Source: Minisyncoccota bacterium
GTDB taxonomy: Bacteria; Patescibacteriota; Minisyncoccia; Phycocordibacterales; Phycocordibacteraceae
Direction: 5' to 3'
Assembly: GCA_035627595.1 (NCBI GenBank)
Contig: DASPLK010000002.1
Location: 224,481 to 288,480, forward strand
Length of the DNA: 64,000 nucleotides
A program made the translations under genes and the position numbers. Positions 1 through 8,097 of this stretch are shown here, one piece after another. The notes below the pieces were generated by a model. That model searched no databases and was not told the origin of the DNA. It saw nothing but the letters and a program-made list of their open reading frames with translations. How positions within the stretch are numbered: the stretch's first letter is position 1; each line of letters begins with the position of its first letter.

Positions 1-1047
1 ATTCATACCAAGACCCTTCTTGGCGCTCTTGAGGTACACGCGCAAAGCCTCCGGACGAAGCCGCCTCCCTTCACAGGCCGGGCACGGTTCATCAGAGAAG
101 AGAGATTTTGTGCCAAGTCCGTTACAGACCGGGCAGGCGCCATAGGGGCTATTGAAAGAGAAAAGACGCGGCTCTACTTCGGGGAATGACATGCCGCAGT
201 CTGGACAGATGAACTTCGCAGACATGGTCTCCACGACGCCATCGGCATGACCTATCTTTACCAGACCATCCGCTTCCTTAAGCGCGAGCTCCAGGGCTTC
301 AGAAAGACGCTCACGAGCAGCATCAGGACTTCGTTCAAACTCAGATACGAAAATGGAATCAACGACAGCATCGATGTCATGACGCTTGTTGCGATCAAGT
401 ACGACCTTCTCTCGGAGCGAATGTGGTGTCCCGTCGATAACTACTTTCTCGTATCCTTTGCCGAGGAGATCGTAAAGCATTTGGTAATACTCACCTTTGC
501 GGCCGACCACGACCGGAGCGTAGATGGTGACCGCCGTACGATCTACCGCTACTCCCATGACCTCGGTGCTCTTTGCCTCTGTACGTGCTTGTATGCGGCC
601 CATGATGAGGCGGATCATTTCATCCTTGGACAGCTTCTCAATCGGGACATCATGGTTAACGCAGTACGGCTGTCCCGCGCGGGCATAGAGGACGCGCAAA
701 TAGTCATATATTTCGGTGACGGTCGCCACTGTTGAACGTGGATTGTTAGAACGTGACTTCTGGTCGATAGAGATCGCTGGCGAGAGACCAGTAATCTCAT
801 CTACGTCCGGCTTCTGCATTTGATTAAGGAACTGGCGCGCATATGCGGAAAGCGACTCCACATATCGGCGCTGGCCTTCTGCAAAGATAGTGTCAAACGC
901 GAGCGAGGACTTGCCGGAGCCAGAGAGACCTGTAAGTACGGTCATTACTCCTCTGGGAATATCCACAGAGAGGTTCTTCAGATTATGAGTACGCGCACCC
1001 TTAACCGATATCCAATCGGCCCCCTGGTGCTGTTCATGCTTTTTTGC
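1..1047 (-). CDS. uvrA: Excinuclease ABC subunit A (UvrA), N-terminal part, truncated at window edge
   Basis: Minus-strand translation from ATG at 1045-1047 reads [77 protein letters not shown]...CPDCGM...CPVCNGLG. This is the UvrA Walker A, signature and zinc-finger pattern. The frame stays open to position 1. It is absent from the ORF track because it runs off the edge. Confidence 0.85.
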
Positions 1048-1153
1048 TTTCGCCATGTATGTAAATTCCCTGCCCGTGGTGGGGCAGGTACGTATTCAAT
1101 TATACCACAAAGCCTACGAAGTGCCTTCCGTAGGAATGATGAAGTATAAGCGG

Positions 1154-1552
1154 TTAGGCTGTTGCAGGAGTCTGCGGTGAAGCGATCATCGCCTCGATGC
1201 GCTTAACGATCTCTTCGATCTCAACCTCTGCCTTCACTAGGTAGTCGGTTGCGCCCATGGAGCGAGCCTTCTCCATATCAGACTCTTGTCCAAGATTCGA
1301 CACAATAATGACCGGTACATCCTTGTGTGCGTCAGTGCGTGCGCGTATAGCCTGCAACACCTCAAAACCACCCATCGTTGGAAGCATAAGATCCAGAAGG
1401 ACCAGGGACGGCTTGTATTGCTCAAAGAGCGCAAGTGCCTCATTACCATCTGATGCGTAGAGGGTCTGGTACTTGCCAGCAAAGGTGTGCCCGAGAAGGT
1501 TCTTAAGGATAGGATCGTCCTCGACCACCAGGATAAACTTCGTGTCTGTCAT
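1154..1552 (-). CDS. Response regulator, receiver domain only (CheY-like)
   Basis: ILVVEDDPILKNLL...LVLLDLMLPTMGGFEVLQAIR...PVIIVSNLGQESDMEKARSMGATDYLVK. Phospho-acceptor Asp context present, no output domain. Directly downstream of the histidine kinase (10-nt gap). Confidence 0.8.
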   Translation of the reverse strand: MTDTKFILVVEDDPILKNLLGHTFAGKYQTLYASDGNEALALFEQYKPSLVLLDLMLPTMGGFEVLQAIRARTDAHKDVPVIIVSNLGQESDMEKARSMGATDYLVKAEVEIEEIVKRIEAMIASPQTPATA

Positions 1553-1571
1553 GCTGGTAGCTTAGCACCTT

Positions 1572-2666
1572 CTAGCGCGGCAAGGGAAGGCTGAGGGTAA
1601 AGGTCGTGCCCGGACCATTCTCGTTGGATGCAAAATTGAGATCGCCGCCGTGGTCCATCGCGATAGTGCGGGAGATATAGAGCCCGAGGCCATTTCCCTG
1701 GTTCTGCTTGGTAATGGCGTTCCCTGCCCTGTAGAAGCGCTCGAAAATGTTCGAACGGTCCTTATCCTCAATACCTATGCCTGTGTCATGGACGCGCACA
1801 CGAACATGCTTCTCGCTCGCGTCAGCCATGATACGTACCGTGCCGCCTGCGGGGGTATAGCGAATGGCGTTCTCTAGGAGGTTGTTCAATATCCACTTAA
1901 TGCGGTTTCGGTCAGCGCGTATCTCAGGAAGCGGCGCTTCACTTCGTGCGTAGTATAGAGAGACCTGACTCTGACCTGCGTGTGGTGCAAAATCGTTTGC
2001 AACTTCAGCAATCAGCTCGTCTATACGAAAGACTGAATACTCGTACTTATGCTTTCCGGACTCGATTGAAGTTATATCGAGAAGTGTGCCGACCGTATCG
2101 ACCAAGTCTTTGCCCTTCTCCTTGGCACTCGTGACTAGCGCCATCTGACTCTCTGTCAGCGGCTCCTTTTCCAAAGCTTCGAGGGCCCAGCGGATACCCG
2201 TGAGCGGAGTGCGTAGCTGATGAGCGGCGGTAGAGATGAAATCCGACTTCACGCGTGATATCTCCACGTCATGACGGTGCACCTGATCAACTTTTTCGAC
2301 CAGGTCCGTATACACACTCGCCAGCTCGCGTATCTCGCGCGGTGTACCTTCGACGTTAGGAAGCGTGCCCTTCTCGCCGTCTCGGGAGAACTGAAGCATA
2401 GCTTTGATGATCTCCTTCAGGGGGCGAACGATAAGATTACTCATGAGGAAGAACACGAGCAGCATGAGAATCGTGGTGAAGATGATGAGCGCCACCATGC
2501 CGTAGAGAACGAGAATCTGAAGGGCAGTATCAGCCTGAGGCCAGAGGTCTGGCGGAAACAGTTCGAACAACCGCTCCTTTAAGAAGGCGACAAGTCCATA
2601 AATAAATCCCACCGCGAGCGCGAGTGTAGCGAAGAAAATGAGTGCCAGGAGGCCTCGTATACCCAT
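1572..2666 (-). CDS. Sensor histidine kinase (HisKA + HATPase_c), N-terminal TM segments
   Basis: H-box FISTAAHQLRTPLTGIRWALEAL. N, G1 and G2 boxes NLLENAIRYT...HDTGIGIEDKDRSNIFERFYRA...GNGLGLYISRTIAMDHGG. Two hydrophobic helices at the N-terminus. Confidence 0.85.
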   Translation of the reverse strand: MGIRGLLALIFFATLALAVGFIYGLVAFLKERLFELFPPDLWPQADTALQILVLYGMVALIIFTTILMLLVFFLMSNLIVRPLKEIIKAMLQFSRDGEKGTLPNVEGTPREIRELASVYTDLVEKVDQVHRHDVEISRVKSDFISTAAHQLRTPLTGIRWALEALEKEPLTESQMALVTSAKEKGKDLVDTVGTLLDITSIESGKHKYEYSVFRIDELIAEVANDFAPHAGQSQVSLYYARSEAPLPEIRADRNRIKWILNNLLENAIRYTPAGGTVRIMADASEKHVRVRVHDTGIGIEDKDRSNIFERFYRAGNAITKQNQGNGLGLYISRTIAMDHGGDLNFASNENGPGTTFTLSLPLPR

Positions 2667-2689
2667 ACCGCTATACTAGCACCTGTTTC

Positions 2690-4765
2690 CTAGCGACCAC
2701 GACGTTTTTTCACGCTTCCGGAACGCATAGATTTTTTGCCAGGCGTCTCCCTTCCTTCTAGCGTATAGATTTCGTCTCTAATAAGCGCAGCGGTCTCAAA
2801 ATCTAGAGCCTCCACGGCTTCGGCCATCTGCCGACGCTTATCGGCAAGGAATGTTTTCGGATCCTCAGCGAATAGCTTCTCATCGAGCTCCAAGAGCGAA
2901 TCGACCGTCTTCTGATGATCGCTCCTGAGACTCTCTGCGATATCCCGAATCTCCTTCTTGATAGTGACTGGTGTAATGCCGTGCTTTTTGTTGTAGGTAA
3001 GCTGTATATCACGGCGCCGGTTCGTCTCGGAGATGGCACGCTCCAATGAGCCAGTCATCACGTCTGCATAAAGTATGACGCGGCCAAGTATGTTTCGCGC
3101 AGCACGACCTATCGTCTGGATGAGCGACGTTTCCGAGCGAAGGAATCCTTCCTTATCGGCGTCGAGAATTCCGACCAACTCAACTTCTGGGAGATCAAGA
3201 CCCTCCCTCAATAGATTCACGCCGACCAGAATATCGAACGTACCCTTTCTAAACTCTGTAAGGATAGTTATGCGGTCAATCGTCTTCACGTCGCTATGAA
3301 GGTACTCAGCTGAGATGCCTTTCTCCTTAAGGAAATTCGAAAGATCCTCTGCCATCTGCTTTGTGAGTGTAGTCGCCAACACGCGTCCTCCATTTTTGAT
3401 GACCGCATCAGCCTCGGCGATAAAATCAGCGACTTGTCCCTTGTAATCGCCAGTCTCCGTTACGGGACGGATGATAAGTTCTGGATCGATGAGTCCGGTC
3501 GGGCGGATGATCTGCTCCACCATCTGGCCTATAGGAGGCACGCTCTTCTCCTTTTCGTAGGCACCCGGTGTAGCTGATGTATAGATGACCTGGCCAACTC
3601 GCTCCTCAAATTCATCAAATTTCAGAGGGCGGTTATCGAACGCTGACGGTAGGCGAAATCCATGCTCAACGAGCACCTGCTTTCTGGAGCGATCGCCCGC
3701 GTACATGCCGCCGATCTGAGATACGGTCACATGGGACTCATCGATGACCGTGAGAAATTCAGGCGATCCGTCCTTTGCATGCGGGAAATAGGATAAGAGC
3801 GTATGAGGCGGTTCCCCTGGAGATCGCCCATCGAAGTGTCGCGAATAGTTCTCGATGCCTGTCGTGTATCCAAGCTCACGTATGAGTGATAAGTCGTGAA
3901 GCGTGCGTCGCTTCAATCGCTCATGTTCAAGCTCCTTCCCCTCTCGCTTTAACTGCGCGAGCCGCTCATCGAGTTCTGCCTTTATATCCTCAAGTGCGCG
4001 GTTACGCTCTTGCTCACTTGTCACGAAGTGCTTTGCGGGGAACACGAATATGGAGTCCGGTGATCCGGTCTTAGCGCGCGTTATTGGATCGAGACACTCA
4101 ACCGCAATGACCTTCTCCTCATCAAATATAACGCGGTATATCGCACGCTCATTAACCGGCATAAGCTCTAGAGAGTTGCCTACGCCCCTAAACTGGCCTG
4201 GTGAGAGATCTGCCGTGGTGCGCTCGAAGTAGATGCCGATAAGCTTGCGAATAAGCGAAGCGCGATTCTCTACCTCTCCAACTTTCAACTTCACATGTCG
4301 CTTCTCATACTCAGCAGGTGACCCAAGACCATAGATCGCTGAGACAGAGGCGACAATAATAACGTCCTTGCGGGTTAGGAGCGCCTGAGTCGCGGCGTGT
4401 CGCAGACGGTCGATTTCTGCGTTGATCTGTGCCTCCTTCTCAATATAGGTATCGGAATGCGCAATGTATGCCTCTGGCTGATAGTAGTCATAGTAAGAGA
4501 CAAAGTAGTGCACCTCGTTTTCTGGAAAAAACTCTCGGTACTCCTGTGCCAACTGTGCAGCGAGCGTCTTATTATGCGCCAAGACCAGGGTCGGCTTATC
4601 AATATTCGCTATTACATTTGCGGCCGTGTAGGTCTTACCAGAGCCTGTGACGCCCACGAGGGTTTGATGTCGAAGACCGTCTTTAATGCCCTTTGTGAGG
4701 GATTCTATTGCCTTGGGCTGATCGCCTGCAGGCGGGAAGGGTATGTGGAGCTTGAAGTTAGCCAT
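2690..4765 (-). CDS. uvrB: Excinuclease ABC subunit B (UvrB)
   Basis: LVGVTGSGKTYTAANVIANIDKPTLVLAHNKTLAAQLAQEYREFFPENEVHYFVSYYDYYQPEAY. Helicase motifs, the beta-hairpin region and a C-terminal UvrB/UvrC interaction motif (DFETAALIRDEI). Length 691 aa. Confidence 0.95.
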   Translation of the reverse strand: MANFKLHIPFPPAGDQPKAIESLTKGIKDGLRHQTLVGVTGSGKTYTAANVIANIDKPTLVLAHNKTLAAQLAQEYREFFPENEVHYFVSYYDYYQPEAYIAHSDTYIEKEAQINAEIDRLRHAATQALLTRKDVIIVASVSAIYGLGSPAEYEKRHVKLKVGEVENRASLIRKLIGIYFERTTADLSPGQFRGVGNSLELMPVNERAIYRVIFDEEKVIAVECLDPITRAKTGSPDSIFVFPAKHFVTSEQERNRALEDIKAELDERLAQLKREGKELEHERLKRRTLHDLSLIRELGYTTGIENYSRHFDGRSPGEPPHTLLSYFPHAKDGSPEFLTVIDESHVTVSQIGGMYAGDRSRKQVLVEHGFRLPSAFDNRPLKFDEFEERVGQVIYTSATPGAYEKEKSVPPIGQMVEQIIRPTGLIDPELIIRPVTETGDYKGQVADFIAEADAVIKNGGRVLATTLTKQMAEDLSNFLKEKGISAEYLHSDVKTIDRITILTEFRKGTFDILVGVNLLREGLDLPEVELVGILDADKEGFLRSETSLIQTIGRAARNILGRVILYADVMTGSLERAISETNRRRDIQLTYNKKHGITPVTIKKEIRDIAESLRSDHQKTVDSLLELDEKLFAEDPKTFLADKRRQMAEAVEALDFETAALIRDEIYTLEGRETPGKKSMRSGSVKKRRGR

Positions 4766-4847
4766 TTCCTATTGAGTGTACCTGCGCACCATGAATTGTG
4801 GAAGAAGCGGGCGCGTGGTATTTACTACGCAGGCCAAGGAGGTACGC

Positions 4848-5240
4848 ATGCGCCGACATCACGACTATGATGCTGCGATCATGCAGTATCCGAACCTATA
4901 TGCTCTTTTGCGTAAAGTACGAGAGCTCTACATCACCCATGGGGAGATAGTAATAGCAGCGAAGGCACCTGTTCTCATGGGCCTCGACGGCGTGCCTGCT
5001 GGAGGTTCCGGGCAGCATGTAAAGCTCTGCAGTCCTACCCTGCTCGATGACGACGAGCACACCCTCGGTCAGGAACTGCAGTGCATTGCTTGGATGGGTC
5101 ACTGCGGTGAACTATCACGCGAGGAGCTCAAGTCTCTCGACAAGGACAGTGAGCAGGTTTTACGCTCCATAACAAAGCTTTCTCGACAGTTCGATAGTAT
5201 GTATGCGCGTAGACTAAGAAGACGCGGGCTACTCAACTAA
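4848..5240 (+). CDS. Hypothetical protein (130 aa), no recognisable domain
   Basis: Strong SD AGGAGGT 7 nt before ATG at 4848. The track ORF 4776..5240 is trimmed to this start. Followed by a perfect 10-bp hairpin. Sits in a 500-bp gap between uvrB and tgt. Confidence 0.45.
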   Translation: MRRHHDYDAAIMQYPNLYALLRKVRELYITHGEIVIAAKAPVLMGLDGVPAGGSGQHVKLCSPTLLDDDEHTLGQELQCIAWMGHCGELSREELKSLDKDSEQVLRSITKLSRQFDSMYARRLRRRGLLN

Positions 5241-5241
5241 C

Positions 5242-5265
5242 GGGCCGGATCTATAGATCCGGCCC
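5242..5265. terminator. Perfect hairpin gggccggatc-tata-gatccggccc between convergent genes (no clear U-tract)
   Basis: 10-bp GC-rich stem with 4-nt loop, seen directly. Lies between the 3' ends of the 4848..5240 gene (+) and tgt (-). Confidence 0.45.
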
Positions 5266-5272
5266 GCAATGG

Positions 5273-6484
5273 TTACCTATAATATCGAGCCTCAAATTCC
5301 CTCCTATACATATCGAAGTTGTCCTTCTCGATAGCAGCACGTGCACCATCAACCAGTGCGATGACGAACCCGAGATTATGCATTGACGCAATGGTTTGCC
5401 CGAGCATTTCGCCTGAGCGTAGGAGATGGGAGACATACGCTTTCGTAAATGGCTCGGTGCCAGGCACACTAACCTCATCTAGCGTCGAGAAATCCGTCTT
5501 GTATCTCTCGTTTTTTAAATTAATCGCGCCATCTAGCGTATAGATAGTGCCATGCCTGCCGAGCCTAGTGGCTGCAACACAATCAAAAAGATCTATGCCG
5601 TTTGCGATACCGGTAAGAATATCGCCCGGCTCGCCTATACCGAGAAAGTGTCTAGGCTTCTCTTCAGGGAGATGCGTAATTGCTGCTTGAAGCGCACCGT
5701 GCATATCCTCTTTGCTGAAGGAACCGCCAATACCAAACCCATCAAATCCCATGGAAGCGATCTCTTTTGCGCTCTCCATTCTAAGGTCCTCATACCTGCC
5801 GCCTTGTACGATGCCGAAGATGGCCTGGCGCTTTGATGCTTCCAAGTTCTGCCTATGCGCTTTAAGCGAACGAAGCGCCCAGCGGTGTGTTCGCTCCATT
5901 GCTTCGCGTTGATACTCGTAAGTCTCCGTGGGTGCAGTGCACTCATCAAACGCAAAGAACATATCTGCACCCAAGGCGTGCTGTATCTCGATGGAGCGCT
6001 CAGGCGTGAAGCGATGTAGTGAGCCATCGAGATGAGATGTAAAGGTGACGCCCTCGTCGTCGATAACAGCAAGCTGTCCGTGCTGGCTTCGTAGTTCGTC
6101 GTCATACACCGCAACCCCGCTTTCGCGCGGTGCCTCATCACCCTTTGCTATCTTTGTAATGGTCCGACCGAATGCAGCACCGAGCGAGAACACTTGAAAC
6201 CCTCCCGAGTCGGTCATAGTCGGCCCATCCCATCCCATAAACTTCCCAAGACCGCCGCCGCGCTTAACAATTTCTTCTCCCGGCTGCAGGTAGAGGTGGT
6301 ACGTATTAGCAAGCACGACCTGCGCTCCAAGCTTTGGCAAAAGCTCAGGCAGCACACCCTTTATATTCGCCTTAGTACCAACAGGTACAAATGCCGGCGT
6401 CTTGATGACTCCGTGCGGTGTTACAAGAGTACCTGTGCGGGCTCTGCCTTCACGAGCGCCTATGCTAAAAGAGAACGTTTCCAT
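5273..6484 (-). CDS. tgt: Queuine tRNA-ribosyltransferase (tRNA-guanine transglycosylase)
   Basis: METFSFSIGAREGRARTGTLVTPHGVIKTPAFVPVGTKANIKGV...FAFDECTAP...zinc-site region LRSGEMLGQTIASMHNLGF. Start taken at METFSF. The track ORF begins further upstream at an alternative TTG. Confidence 0.9.
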   Translation of the reverse strand: METFSFSIGAREGRARTGTLVTPHGVIKTPAFVPVGTKANIKGVLPELLPKLGAQVVLANTYHLYLQPGEEIVKRGGGLGKFMGWDGPTMTDSGGFQVFSLGAAFGRTITKIAKGDEAPRESGVAVYDDELRSQHGQLAVIDDEGVTFTSHLDGSLHRFTPERSIEIQHALGADMFFAFDECTAPTETYEYQREAMERTHRWALRSLKAHRQNLEASKRQAIFGIVQGGRYEDLRMESAKEIASMGFDGFGIGGSFSKEDMHGALQAAITHLPEEKPRHFLGIGEPGDILTGIANGIDLFDCVAATRLGRHGTIYTLDGAINLKNERYKTDFSTLDEVSVPGTEPFTKAYVSHLLRSGEMLGQTIASMHNLGFVIALVDGARAAIEKDNFDMYRREFEARYYR

Positions 6485-6543
6485 ACTAGATACCGTAGCG
6501 GGTAGCATTAGAAAACACAAGTTTTAAGCCGTCCAAAGGCCTC

Positions 6544-6571
6544 TTGACATACTAGCAATATCCTATATAGT
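6544..6571 (+). promoter_or_regulatory. Sigma70-like promoter TTGACA-16nt-TATAGT upstream of the high-GC lipoprotein gene
   Basis: ttgaca (6544-6549), spacer 16, tatagt (6566-6571). RBS AGGGAG 8 nt before ATG at 6646. The same hexamers recur at 38370-38399. Confidence 0.35.
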
Positions 6572-6645
6572 CCTTGCAGGAGTTCTTCTCGTTGTGAGCA
6601 AAGATCTCCGAATACCGTCAACGGCAATAGAGGGAGAGCCTCGCC

Positions 6646-7188
6646 ATGCTACATCTGAACCGTAAGGGGGGCGTGGTCCTCGCGGCCCTCGCCGCTCTGT
6701 CCACTTCGGCCTGTCTGTCGACTCCGGGATACGACTCTGCGCCGATGGCGGTCCACGCCATCGTCCACAACCCGGACGTCAACGGCGGCCGTCCGTCGCC
6801 CGAAGCAATCGATGCGATCAACCGCTACGCGGCCAGCTGCTACCAGCAACTCGAGTCCCAGGTCCGCGGCCAGTTCGAGTCGGGCCTCCGGTCCGCCGCC
6901 GACTATGGCGTCGCGGGTGCGATCGGCGGCGGCCTCGGCCTCGCCGGCGGCTCCACCGGCTTCGAAGGTGTCGATCCTGCCAGCTACGGCCAGTACGGCG
7001 CCATCGCCGGTGCCGCACAGGGCGCCGCGAGCGGATTCGTCAACGGCCAGGTGACCGGGAGCTACTCGTTCGCCGCCGCCCGTGGCGAGTGCGTGAACGA
7101 CTTCTGGAGCGACGAAAAGGATTCGCGTCCCGAGTATCGGGGCACGCATCCGGTCACGCTGCTGAACGGCCGCTCCGGATCGAACTGA
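6646..7188 (+). CDS. Glycine-zipper (SlyB/Pcp/17-kDa-antigen-like) putative lipoprotein, encoded in a high-GC, GC3-rich foreign-looking cassette
   Basis: Signal peptide plus LSTSAC lipobox-like cysteine. Gly-zipper YGVAGAIGGGLGLAGGSTG...GAIAGAAQGAASG. Codons almost all end in G/C (about 68% GC versus about 54% in flanking tgt and FKBP genes). Confidence 0.6.
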   Translation: MLHLNRKGGVVLAALAALSTSACLSTPGYDSAPMAVHAIVHNPDVNGGRPSPEAIDAINRYAASCYQQLESQVRGQFESGLRSAADYGVAGAIGGGLGLAGGSTGFEGVDPASYGQYGAIAGAAQGAASGFVNGQVTGSYSFAAARGECVNDFWSDEKDSRPEYRGTHPVTLLNGRSGSN

Positions 7189-7230
7189 TCTTCGGCACAA
7201 CACAACCAGGCGTTTCGTAATAGAAACGCA

Positions 7231-7272
7231 GTCGCCGGGCCCTTCTTGGGACCCGGCGACTACTTTTATACC
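7231..7272 (+). terminator. Rho-independent terminator (gtcgccgggccc-ttctt-gggacccggcgac + T-rich tail)
   Basis: 12-bp stem with one bulge, followed by tacttttatacc. Immediately 3' of the lipoprotein CDS. Confidence 0.55.
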
Positions 7273-7278
7273 CTATGA

Positions 7279-7788
7279 CTAGTTAACCGTGAGGAGCTCG
7301 ACGTCGAAGATGAGTGTCGCGTTCGGCGGGATGGGACCTACACCCTGCGCTCCGTAACCCATAGCTGGGGGAATGATGAGGCGGCGCTTGCCACCCTCTT
7401 TCATACCGACAAGGCCCTGATCCCAGCCTGCGATAACAGATCCCTGGCCAAGTACGAACGTAAACGGCTCATTGCCGCGATTGGCAGTCGTATCAAACAC
7501 AGAGCCGTCCGGAAGCATGCCGGTGTAGCGAACAGATACGGTGGTACCAGCCTGCGCCTCGGCACCTGTACCTACTACCTCATCGGTAACAGTTAGCTCG
7601 TTGGGAAGCTCTGCCGGGATCGGCGCGCTCTGGTTTTCGGATTCGGACATGGTATTTGGAAGAAGAATATCCTGATTAGTCTGATTGATGGTTGGTGCGA
7701 ACATGCCCGGCCCGAATACGAGGAGCCCGAAGGCCACAAGTACCGCAAGCGCGACGGCTATCCCAGTTGCTGTTACGTTCATAGTCAA
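7279..7788 (-). CDS. FKBP-type peptidyl-prolyl cis-trans isomerase with N-terminal membrane anchor
   Basis: FTFVLGQGSVIAGWDQGLVGMKEGGKRRLIIPPAMGYGAQGVGPIPPNATLIFDVELLTV is the canonical FKBP C-terminal domain. N-terminal hydrophobic helix. Confidence 0.85.
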   Translation of the reverse strand: MTMNVTATGIAVALAVLVAFGLLVFGPGMFAPTINQTNQDILLPNTMSESENQSAPIPAELPNELTVTDEVVGTGAEAQAGTTVSVRYTGMLPDGSVFDTTANRGNEPFTFVLGQGSVIAGWDQGLVGMKEGGKRRLIIPPAMGYGAQGVGPIPPNATLIFDVELLTVN

Positions 7789-7791
7789 TCG

Positions 7792-8094
7792 TTAATTTCT
7801 GGTTAGCGTAAGTATATCATTGGTCAATTCCTGCACAGCCTCCATTACTGCACTGTCCGCATCAGGCACTTTAAGCTCAATGAAGCCCTGCACTTCCTCT
7901 TCCGAGGCATCACGATCCATAAGTACGCCAAACTCCTCGCGCGTCGCTTCATCCATACGCTCCAAGAGGCGTACGAATGTGCTCTTAAAGATAAGCTCGT
8001 GCAGGCTCAACAGAAGCTCTTGCTGCTCTTCCTCCTCAAGTGCTGTGAAGTTCAGCGCATCGAGAATGTTGTCTGGAATGGTCACTTGGTTCAT
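7792..8094 (-). CDS. Small acidic hypothetical protein (100 aa)
   Basis: ORF of native composition, tightly packed (4-nt gaps) between the giant membrane protein and the FKBP gene. EEEEQQELLL acidic/coiled segment. No known domain recognised. Confidence 0.5.
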   Translation of the reverse strand: MNQVTIPDNILDALNFTALEEEEQQELLLSLHELIFKSTFVRLLERMDEATREEFGVLMDRDASEEEVQGFIELKVPDADSAVMEAVQELTNDILTLTRN

Positions 8095-8097
8095 AGA

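Noticed and set aside
247-735. 162-aa plus-strand ORF at the window start
   Set aside because: It is antisense to a clearly conserved uvrA reading frame on the minus strand (Walker A and signature motifs). It has no RBS or domain.
6649-7203. 184-aa minus-strand ORF inside the high-GC island
   Set aside because: High GC suppresses stop codons, so long antisense ORFs are expected. The plus-strand ORF has signal peptide, glycine-zipper motifs, RBS, promoter and terminator.
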